DNA from: Muribaculaceae bacterium
Lineage (GTDB): Bacteria; Bacteroidota; Bacteroidia; Bacteroidales; Muribaculaceae
Reading direction: 5' to 3'
Length of the DNA stretch: 64,000 nucleotides
Assembly (NCBI GenBank): GCA_022510465.1
Contig: JAFLTJ010000002.1
Location: 3,242-67,241, forward strand
The first letter of the stretch is position 1. Every line of letters starts with the position of its first letter. The translations under genes were made by a program, and so were the position numbers. Positions 57,366 to 64,000 of the stretch are shown here, in pieces. The notes below the pieces were generated by a model. That model had not been told where the DNA came from. It searched no databases and worked only from the letters and a program-made list of their open reading frames with translations.

Positions 57366-57389
57366 CTTAAAACATACAAAAGGTAAAAC

Positions 57390-57432
57390 GACCGTGATTT
57401 CAGATGTTTCGCTGAATCACGGTCTGTTTTTT
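57390..57432 (+). terminator. Rho-independent terminator after the small HTH ORF
   Basis: GACCGTGATTTCAG pairs with CTGAATCACGGTC (one bulged T), followed by TGTTTTTT. Confidence 0.75.
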
Positions 57433-57475
57433 AGCGACAGAAAGAAACGAACGCCCAAAACTTTCCTTTGTCGCG

Positions 57476-57507
57476 TTTGTGAAAATTGAAAAAAGTTACT
57501 AATTTTG
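57476..57507 (+). promoter_or_regulatory. Bacteroidota-type promoter for tRNA-Arg
   Basis: TTTG (57476-57479), 20 nt spacer, TAATTTTG (57500-57507). The tRNA starts at 57546. Confidence 0.6.
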
Positions 57508-57545
57508 CGTCTCAAACGTGGCAGAAATTTCTGCCGTATGTATCA

Positions 57546-57620
57546 GCACCTGTAGTTCAATGGATAGAATAGGGGATTCCGGTTCCTCTGATTAGGGTTC
57601 GATTCCCTACAGGTGTACCA
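57546..57620 (+). tRNA. tRNA-Arg (anticodon CCG), with CCA encoded
   Basis: Hand-folded cloverleaf. Acceptor GCACCTG/CAGGTGT (G1-U72 wobble) and D-arm GTTC/GAAT. The anticodon stem GGGGA/TCCTC carries loop TTCCGGT, giving anticodon CCG with G37. T-arm TAGGG-TTCGATT-CCCTA, discriminator A, then CCA. Confidence 0.88.
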
Positions 57621-57636
57621 TCAATTGAAATCAATC

Positions 57637-57663
57637 GGGGAGTAGAAAACGCTCCCCTTTTTG
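57637..57663 (+). terminator. Rho-independent terminator after tRNA-Arg
   Basis: GGGGAG (57637-57642) pairs with CTCCCC (57652-57657), followed by TTTTT. Confidence 0.7.
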
Positions 57664-57715
57664 ATATGTTGGCACAATCTATCGATATTTAGCAATTCAT
57701 ACTGAATGTCCCAAA

Positions 57716-59143
57716 ATGAATGAAGCAAAGTTAATCAGATTATACAAAGAGGTGACCGGTTGCGAGCCGGATACTATTGTTGAATTACCATCTTCCGGCT
57801 CCAATCGCCGATATTTTCGCCTTTATGGAAAAACTTCACTTATAGGTGTTTTTGGGACCGTTGCTCTCGAAAACGAGGCATTCATTTATCTCTCGGAACA
57901 TTTTGTCAAGCGTAATATTCCGGTTCCTAAGGTCCTGGCCGTTTCGGCCGACCGGATGGCCTACATTCAGGAGGACCTGGGTGACGGGATTCTTTTCAAC
58001 GAGATAGAGAAGGGTCGTAATACACGCGTTTTCGGAGAGGAGGAGCGAAGATTGCTTAAAGATACAATACGCCTGCTCCCCGATATACAGTTTGCCGGCG
58101 CCGTAGGGCTTGATTTTGATAAATGCTATCCGGTGGCCGAGTTTGACAAGCGTGCAATAATGTGGGACCTGAACTATTTCAAATACTGTTTCCTTAAGGC
58201 TACCGGTCTGGAATTTAAGGAGGACCGCCTTGAAGATGATTTTGAAAGAATGGCACAAGTGCTTATGCGCAGCTCGTCAAGCACATTTATGTATCGCGAT
58301 TTTCAGTCGCGCAACGTGATGATTCAGGATGGAAAGCCTTGGTTTATTGATTTCCAGGGAGGCCGTAAGGGTCCGTTTTATTACGATGTAGCTTCGTTTT
58401 TATGGCAGGCAAAGGCTAATTTCCCCGATAGTCTCAGGGCTGAGCTTATCAATGAATATGTGGAGGCCCTTAGAAAATACAAGCCGGTTGATGTAGAATA
58501 TTTCAACGACCAGTTGCGCCATTTCGTTCTGTTCCGTACACTCCAGGTATTGGGCGCATACGGATTCCGCGGATACTTTGAGAAGAAACCCCATTTCATG
58601 CAGAGTGTTCCTTACGCCATCGAAAATTTGCGTTGCTTGCTTGAAAAACCCTACTCTGAATATCCCTACCTGACCGAGGTGCTCAATCAGCTTGTCAACT
58701 TAAAACAATTTGCCGACGAGCGGAAAAAGCACACGCTGACTGTCAAGGTCATATCTTTTGCCTATAAGAAAGGGATTCCCAACGATTCAAGCGGAAACGG
58801 CGGCGGATTTGTATTTGATTGCCGCGCTGTTAACAACCCGGGTAAATATGACCGGTACAAGCCATTTACGGGGCTTGATGAGCCTGTTATAAAGTATTTG
58901 GAGGATGATGGCGAAATTTTGACATATCTGGAGCATGTTTACTCGCTTGTTGAATCGAGCGTTGCCCGGTATGTAGAGCGTGGATTTACAAATCTGATGG
59001 TCGCTTTCGGCTGTACCGGCGGGCAACATCGCTCGGTGTATTGCGCCCAGCATTTGGCCGAGCATCTGAATCGTAAATTCAACGTCAAAGTGGAGCTAAT
59101 TCACCGCGAGCAGAATATTGAGCAGACTTTTGAGAGAAAATGA
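57716..59143 (+). CDS. Fusion protein: AmgK-like anomeric amino-sugar kinase (APH/ChoK fold) plus a RapZ C-terminal-like domain
   Basis: N-terminal part: catalytic-loop motif YRDFQSRNVMI and WFIDFQGG, as in AmgK-type kinases. C-terminal ~140 aa: SFAYKKGIP...FVFDCRAVNNPG...TGLDEPV...FGCTGGQHRSVY, colinear with the E. coli RapZ C-domain (SFGFKHGIP..YVFDVRFLPNP..TGLDKPV..IGCTGGKHRSVY). Confidence 0.75.
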   Translation: MNEAKLIRLYKEVTGCEPDTIVELPSSGSNRRYFRLYGKTSLIGVFGTVALENEAFIYLSEHFVKRNIPVPKVLAVSADRMAYIQEDLGDGILFNEIEKGRNTRVFGEEERRLLKDTIRLLPDIQFAGAVGLDFDKCYPVAEFDKRAIMWDLNYFKYCFLKATGLEFKEDRLEDDFERMAQVLMRSSSSTFMYRDFQSRNVMIQDGKPWFIDFQGGRKGPFYYDVASFLWQAKANFPDSLRAELINEYVEALRKYKPVDVEYFNDQLRHFVLFRTLQVLGAYGFRGYFEKKPHFMQSVPYAIENLRCLLEKPYSEYPYLTEVLNQLVNLKQFADERKKHTLTVKVISFAYKKGIPNDSSGNGGGFVFDCRAVNNPGKYDRYKPFTGLDEPVIKYLEDDGEILTYLEHVYSLVESSVARYVERGFTNLMVAFGCTGGQHRSVYCAQHLAEHLNRKFNVKVELIHREQNIEQTFERK

Positions 59144-59886
59144 AAGCGATGATATTTGCTGCCGGGCTCGGGACACGGCTTCGGCCGCTGACCGACTCTA
59201 AACCGAAGGCACTCGTTGAGGCCGGCGGTGTTGCAATGCTGTCTCGCGTGATATCCCATCTTGCCGGCGCAGGGGTCAACGATATAACGGTCAATATTCA
59301 CCACCATGCCGCGATGATTCGTGAATATATTGAGTCACATCCTGTTGCCGGGATTACGTTTCATATTTCAGATGAAAGCGACATGCTTCTTGATACCGGC
59401 GGCGGAATACTCAAAGCGCGATGCTATCTTGACGGGGATGAACCATTTATAGTTTATAACGCTGATATATTGTCGGATGTCAACGTGGCGGCGATGGTGG
59501 AATATCATCAGAAATCGGGCGCTACGGCTACATTGCTGGTTAAAGAACGTGAATCTTCGCGCCGCTTGCTGATTGACAATAATAGCGGAAGAATGAGGGG
59601 TTGGACAAATATAAAAACCGGTGAAATAAAACCGTCGGGGGTTGTTGCCGACGGTTGTCGATGGCGCGCTTTCGGTGGAATTCATGTTCTCTCTCCGGCG
59701 ATATTTCCCGAGTTGGAGAAATATGCCACGGAAGCAAAATTCTCGATTATGCCATTTTATATTGACCGTTGTAATCTGTTGGATATTAGAGCATACGAGC
59801 CTGATGAGGATTATATGTGGCACGACATCGGCTCGCTGCAAAATTTAAAGGCCGCCGAAGAAGCATTGGCCAAATGCAATAAATGA
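59140..59886 (+). CDS. murU: Sugar-1-phosphate nucleotidyltransferase, MurU-like (N-acetylmuramate-1-P uridylyltransferase family)
   Basis: MKAMIFAAGLGTRLRPLTDSKPKALV signature of the NTP-transferase family. Size is about 250 aa. ATGA overlap with the upstream kinase, the AmgK-MurU gene pairing. Confidence 0.75.
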   Translation: MKAMIFAAGLGTRLRPLTDSKPKALVEAGGVAMLSRVISHLAGAGVNDITVNIHHHAAMIREYIESHPVAGITFHISDESDMLLDTGGGILKARCYLDGDEPFIVYNADILSDVNVAAMVEYHQKSGATATLLVKERESSRRLLIDNNSGRMRGWTNIKTGEIKPSGVVADGCRWRAFGGIHVLSPAIFPELEKYATEAKFSIMPFYIDRCNLLDIRAYEPDEDYMWHDIGSLQNLKAAEEALAKCNK

Positions 59887-59896
59887 TATTAACGTC

Positions 59897-60742
59897 ATGT
59901 TACGGTCTTTTATCCAATCTCTGAGCGGCACGGTTGCCGATAGTGTGCAAACGGTAAAATCGCTGTTGAAAGTGGTTCTCAAATCGCGAAAGGCGTCTAT
60001 ATCAGCCACTTCCTCTCGCGAAATAATAATTCTTGGAAACGGCCCGTCGCTCAATGTCACGATTGAACAGAATTTGAACAGGCTGCAATCAACAGATACG
60101 ATGGCGGTTAACTTTGCGGCTAATGCTCCGGCCTTTGCTACGCTCCGGCCTAATCGCTACATCCTTGCCGACCCGCATTTTTTTGCACGCAATTCTTCGG
60201 ACTCAAACCTGAGCAGCCTCATTAAAAATTTGGCCTCCGTGACGTGGCGCATGACGCTGTATGTACCCGTTGGGGCAGATGTTGACAAATTGATTGTTGA
60301 GAACGAAAATATAGAAATAGAGCGGTTCAATTTTGTTGGCGCTGACGGATTCAAGCCAGTCATATATCGCCTTTATGACAAGGGCCTGGCTATGCCGCGA
60401 CCGCGAAATGTTCTGATTCCGGCCATAATGACCGCAATGAAAGCCGGTTATAAGAGAATCTATCTTACAGGGGCCGACCACTCCTGGACCCGTACGCTTA
60501 GCGTAGACGAGGAGAATACGGTAATATCTGTTCAGCCACACTTTTACGAGGATAATCAGACTGAAAAGGAGCGTGTAGCCGCTGTTTATAAGGAGGTTAA
60601 GCTGCACGAAATATTACTCAGCTTTCACATTGCTTTTCGCAGCTATCATCTGATTGCCGATTATGCCACGTCTCGCGGCATAGAGATTTATAACGCTACT
60701 CCCGGCAGTTTTATCGACGCTTTTCGGCGGCGGTGCCTTTAG
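59897..60742 (+). CDS. Hypothetical protein with DUF115/MptE-like or GT42 (CstII-like) motifs; putative glycosyltransferase
   Basis: IIILGNGPSLN near the N-terminus and GYKRIYLTGADHSW in the centre. These resemble the GNGPSL and YLSGIDFY motifs of CstII-type sialyltransferases and DUF115 proteins (from memory). It starts 10 nt after murU. Confidence 0.35.
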   Translation: MLRSFIQSLSGTVADSVQTVKSLLKVVLKSRKASISATSSREIIILGNGPSLNVTIEQNLNRLQSTDTMAVNFAANAPAFATLRPNRYILADPHFFARNSSDSNLSSLIKNLASVTWRMTLYVPVGADVDKLIVENENIEIERFNFVGADGFKPVIYRLYDKGLAMPRPRNVLIPAIMTAMKAGYKRIYLTGADHSWTRTLSVDEENTVISVQPHFYEDNQTEKERVAAVYKEVKLHEILLSFHIAFRSYHLIADYATSRGIEIYNATPGSFIDAFRRRCL

Positions 60743-61458
60743 GAGGGCATGCGCCCGTTGTCGGCATAGGAATAGTATTCGTTACCGGCTATAATGACGT
60801 GGTCAATTACGCGCAGCTCCAGGATTTTTGCAGCCTCCGAAATTCGACGGGTTAAATTGTCATCATGGCTGCTGGGTGTCGTGTTTCCCGACGGGTGGTT
60901 GTGAATCAATATTATTCCCGGGCATGCGTTGGTCAGGGCATGGCGCATAATCAGCCTGATGTCGACTATCGTAGAGGTTAGCCCGCCTCGTGAAATCATT
61001 ATCCGGTGCTTGACACGGTTGGCCTGAGAGGTGAGCAAAATCCAAAACTCTTCATGCTCAATCAATCCGATTTGGGATTGCATATATCTGAGAACGTCGG
61101 CCGACGAGCGAATTTGAGGGTCGGGCTCGACGCTTTCGTTGGAGCACCTTAATCCCAGCTGTAGCGCAGCCAGTAAAGTTACCGCTTTTGCCGGTCCTAT
61201 CCCCTTGTATCGACTTGTAAGTTCCGGAATGCTTGTTCTTGCAAGCTTTGTCAGCGAATTGTTGTTGCGGGCAAGCATTGATTTAGCCAGGTCAATGACC
61301 GACAGCCCCTCGGTTCCGCTTCCCAGGATGATGGCAAGCAGCTCGGCGTTGCTCAGCGTTGTGATACCGTTGGCGATGGCTTTCTCGCGAGGCCTGTCGC
61401 TCCGGTCAAGCTCGTGCACCTTTGTAGACGCGGGCAGTTCGATATTATACTCATTCAT
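60739..61458 (-). CDS. radC: RadC-family JAB/MPN domain protein
   Basis: HhH N-terminal part (ELLAIILGSGT...) and the C-terminal JAMM motif HNHPSGNTTPSSHD. The start was trimmed to ATG 61458 (MNEYN). Confidence 0.85.
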   Translation of the reverse strand: MNEYNIELPASTKVHELDRSDRPREKAIANGITTLSNAELLAIILGSGTEGLSVIDLAKSMLARNNNSLTKLARTSIPELTSRYKGIGPAKAVTLLAALQLGLRCSNESVEPDPQIRSSADVLRYMQSQIGLIEHEEFWILLTSQANRVKHRIMISRGGLTSTIVDIRLIMRHALTNACPGIILIHNHPSGNTTPSSHDDNLTRRISEAAKILELRVIDHVIIAGNEYYSYADNGRMPS

Positions 61459-62563
61459 CGGCCTGATTGTTTGGGAATTGTACATTCTCTTTCTGCCCTA
61501 TGACAAACTCGTCGTAATATGAAATCAACAGTGTTGTCATAGGCAGGGCTATAATCAGTCCCAGCAATCCGAGGAGGGCGCCCCATATCGACAGCGACAG
61601 CAGAATTATCGCCGGATTCAATCCCATTGCGTGTCCCATTATCTTGGGTGTCAGGAATACATCGTTAATTACCTGAACGATACAGTATACAAGAATGCAT
61701 TCGCCAAAGATTGTCCAGAAATTAATGCCTTCACCAACCGAGCAAACCATGCATAAAATGGCAACAAATGGGATTGAAAGCAGTTGCAGATAGGGAACCA
61801 TCGTAAGAATGAAGATGAAAAAGCCCATTACAATGGCGAGAGGCAGGCCTATTATGCTGAATCCTATTGCAAACAGTATTCCGACGCATGCTGCAACAAG
61901 TGTCTGGCCGCGAAAATAGTGATTCATCGACGATTTAATGTCGTTTCCTATTCGGCCGGCCGCTTTGCGATATCGTGGCGGAACTAATTTGGCGAATCCT
62001 CGGGATAGGTTGTCATAGTCGAGCATTATGAAAATGATGTATAACAAGACAATACACCATCCGAAGATACTTATCAGCACCTCAATACTGCTTGTTATCA
62101 CGCTCCAGCTGGCCGAGAGTGTGTTTTCAATAAGAGTGGTCCACTCCTGGCGTGTGAGCATTGTCGATATCTGGTGAAAATCAAGGTGTTGGCGCAAAAA
62201 GTCGTGAATCGAGTCGGGCATAAACGGAATAGACGCTGCTGCATTGGCGTAATATTCAAACAGTTGTCCCATCTTGGTTGCTTCACGCATGATTGACGGC
62301 GTCAGCAAATAGCATAGCAGCCATAAGAAAAAGATTGTTTCGAAAAGTGTCGTAAAAACTGCTATTGTTCGGCCCTTCAGTTTCAACAATCGCCGGTTGA
62401 ACTGAACAAACGGTTCAAGAATGTAGGCAACTAAACATGCCACGCCGAAAGGTAACAGCACGTTGCGCAGGTAATAGATTAAATATATCAGCAGAATGAA
62501 GACCGACAGATTGATTAACAACCTGACTACGCGGTCAAAAGTATAGGGTTTTGAAGAAAACAT
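61451..62563 (-). CDS. AI-2E family transporter (PerM/YhhT-like)
   Basis: 370 aa with about 8 TM helices and characteristic C-terminal motifs (LTPKIMGHAMGLNP, ALLGLLGLIIALP). Confidence 0.85.
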   Translation of the reverse strand: MFSSKPYTFDRVVRLLINLSVFILLIYLIYYLRNVLLPFGVACLVAYILEPFVQFNRRLLKLKGRTIAVFTTLFETIFFLWLLCYLLTPSIMREATKMGQLFEYYANAAASIPFMPDSIHDFLRQHLDFHQISTMLTRQEWTTLIENTLSASWSVITSSIEVLISIFGWCIVLLYIIFIMLDYDNLSRGFAKLVPPRYRKAAGRIGNDIKSSMNHYFRGQTLVAACVGILFAIGFSIIGLPLAIVMGFFIFILTMVPYLQLLSIPFVAILCMVCSVGEGINFWTIFGECILVYCIVQVINDVFLTPKIMGHAMGLNPAIILLSLSIWGALLGLLGLIIALPMTTLLISYYDEFVIGQKENVQFPNNQADE

Positions 62564-62636
62564 AATCGTTTGTTAATATTTTGGCACGAAATTATAAAAT
62601 TTTTCTCACTTATGTCTTTTTTAGCAAGAATTTTAC

Positions 62637-62644
62637 TAATTTTG
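62637..62644 (+). promoter_or_regulatory. Candidate -7 promoter box for the MFS transporter gene
   Basis: TAATTTTG 47 nt upstream of ATG 62692. Confidence 0.4.
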
Positions 62645-62691
62645 CGCGAAATTTCCCATATTAGTACAAATTAACAACAGATAATTACGAC

Positions 62692-64000
62692 ATGACAAAG
62701 GAAAACAAAGACGCTATCACAGTTCGCTCGGTGTTGAGCGACAAAGCCTGGGCTCGCTGGACTGCACTGACGTTGCTTGCCGCGGCGATGTTGTTCAGTT
62801 ACATATTCATGGATGTGCTTTCACCTCTTCAAGAGGCGCTTCAGGAAACAAAAGGGTGGGACCCAAATGCTTATGGTCGTTTTGCCGGTAGTGAAACGTT
62901 TTTGAACGTATTTGTCTTTTTCTTGATTTTTGCGGGAATTATCCTTGATAAAATGGGGGTTAGATTCACGGCAATTCTCTCGGGTGCAGTTATGCTTTTG
63001 GGTGCCACAATCAATTGGTACTCACTGACCGATGCATTTGAGGGCAGCTCGCTGCAATCGTTCTTTGACAACTTTGTGAACATACCGCAGGAGTGGTGGA
63101 ACATCACGCCGTTTTATGCCGGGATGCCGGCTTCGGCAAAGATGTCGGCAGTTGGCTTTATGCTGTTTGGCTGTGGCGTTGAAATGGCCGGTATCACTGT
63201 TTCGCGCGGAATCGTTAAATGGTTTGCCGGCAAGGAGATGGCACTTGCAATGGGTATTGAAATGGCACTTGCCCGCTGTGGCGTGGCAATCGTGGTGCTG
63301 GGCTCTCCGTTTATCGCCAATCTGCACAATGAGTTGAGCGTGAGCCGTTCGGTTGGTTTTGCTACCTTGCTGTTGCTTATAGGTCTTATCAGCTTTATAG
63401 TTTATGGCTTCATGGATTATAAACTTGAGCGCGAAACCGGAGAAAAGGGTGAAGAGAAAGATGACCCGTTCAAAGTCAGCGACCTCAAATATCTGCTTGG
63501 CAGCAAGGTTTTCTGGATTGTGGCAATGCTGTGTGTGCTTTACTATTCGGCAATCTTCCCGTTTCAGAAGTATGCGATTAACATGCTCCAGTGCAATTTG
63601 CAGCTTTCGGCCGAGGATGCCGGTTTGGTATTCTTTGTGTTCCCGCTTGGAGCCGCGGCTATCACGCCGTTTTTAGGTAACTATCTTGACCGCAAGGGCA
63701 AGGGTGTCTCGATGTTGATACTCGGAGCGCTGCTGATGATTGCCTGCCATCTGACTTTTGCATTTGTATTGCCGGCAACCCAATCGTCGATTGTGGCCTA
63801 TCTGGCTATCATTATGCTTGGTATTTCGTTCTCTCTGGTGCCTGCATCATTATGGCCGTCGGTGCCCAAACTTGTTGACAACAAGCTTCTTGGCTCGGCT
63901 TATGCGCTTATATTCTGGATTCAGAACATAGGGCTCTATGCTTTCCCGATGATTATTGGCAGCGTGCTGGCGTCGTCTAATCCGGGTGTAACCGACCCGC
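62692..64000 (+). CDS. MFS transporter, 3'-truncated by the window edge
   Basis: Not in the ORF track because it has no stop. I translated it by hand: the frame is open from ATG 62692 to the window end. It encodes multiple TM helices with a central hydrophilic loop (KLERETGEKGEEKDDPF), the typical 6+6 MFS layout. Confidence 0.8.
   Translation, partial: MTKENKDAITVRSVLSDKAWARWTALTLLAAAMLFSYIFMDVLSPLQEALQETKGWDPNAYGRFAGSETFLNVFVFFLIFAGIILDKMGVRFTAILSGAVMLLGATINWYSLTDAFEGSSLQSFFDNFVNIPQEWWNITPFYAGMPASAKMSAVGFMLFGCGVEMAGITVSRGIVKWFAGKEMALAMGIEMALARCGVAIVVLGSPFIANLHNELSVSRSVGFATLLLLIGLISFIVYGFMDYKLERETGEKGEEKDDPFKVSDLKYLLGSKVFWIVAMLCVLYYSAIFPFQKYAINMLQCNLQLSAEDAGLVFFVFPLGAAAITPFLGNYLDRKGKGVSMLILGALLMIACHLTFAFVLPATQSSIVAYLAIIMLGISFSLVPASLWPSVPKLVDNKLLGSAYALIFWIQNIGLYAFPMIIGSVLASSNPGVTDP

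Noticed and set aside
57496-57509. Identical 14-mer TTACTAATTTTGCG at 57496-57509 and 62633-62646, with ACTAATTTTGC also at about 48364 and, on the minus strand, about 18720, considered as a dispersed repeat element.
   Set aside because: It coincides with the Bacteroidota -7 promoter consensus (TAnnTTTG) upstream of genes. Shared promoter sequence explains it better than a mobile repeat.
57546-57620. tRNA-Arg as an integration hotspot, with the flanking region as a mobile or genomic island.
   Set aside because: There is no integrase, excisionase, transposase or direct repeat of the tRNA 3' end nearby. The flanking genes are housekeeping-type.

Overview
This 64 kb window looks like a chromosomal segment of a Bacteroidota (Bacteroidales-type) genome. 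The evidence is a fused lpxC-fabZ gene, the moxR-DUF58-batABCDE aerotolerance operon, recurrent TAnnTTTG (-7) / TTTG (-33) promoter motifs, DUF4835 and DUF4290 genes, and a T9SS-type C-terminal domain. Coding density is high and most content is core housekeeping. In order, the window holds:
- the 3' end of a surface-polysaccharide locus (ugd, a glycosyltransferase, the fnlA/B/C L-FucNAc cassette, a wbuB-like transferase), then sodB;
- a four-gene GntR/ABC module;
- tcdA, then a TolC-MFP-RND efflux operon with a small P-II-like gene;
- ilvA and carAB;
- dCMP deaminase, an S41 peptidase, an ABC-F ATPase, dnaN, an epsilon-like exonuclease, coaBC, a DUF4835 gene, recN, rlmB;
- lpxD, lpxC/fabZ, lpxA;
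- a DUF3127 gene, then a CzcCBA-type metal efflux operon;
- a DUF4290 gene, rimM, an OmpA-like protein, a GT2 transferase, two HU-like genes;
- the complete Bat operon, a small HTH-like ORF, tRNA-Arg(CCG);
- a kinase / nucleotidyltransferase / putative transferase trio, radC, an AI-2E transporter and a 3'-truncated MFS transporter.

I saw no CRISPR array, rRNA, integrase/transposase or obvious defence island. The ORF track allows GTG/TTG starts, so several ORF 5' ends were trimmed to better-supported ATGs.

The candidates most worth follow-up are:
- an AmgK-like sugar kinase fused to a RapZ C-terminal domain, coupled to a MurU-like nucleotidyltransferase and a CstII/DUF115-like protein (57.7-60.7 kb);
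- an apparently autoregulated YtrA-type GntR/ABC/beta-rich anchored-protein module with a clear promoter-operator layout (7.5-10.6 kb);
- a DUF3127 OB-fold-like protein ending in an SSB-style acidic tip (DDLPF);
- a miniature T9SS-CTD protein directly behind the metal-efflux operon;
- a membrane-tethered HU-like protein.

All functional calls come from motif recognition and recalled family knowledge. No database search was run.
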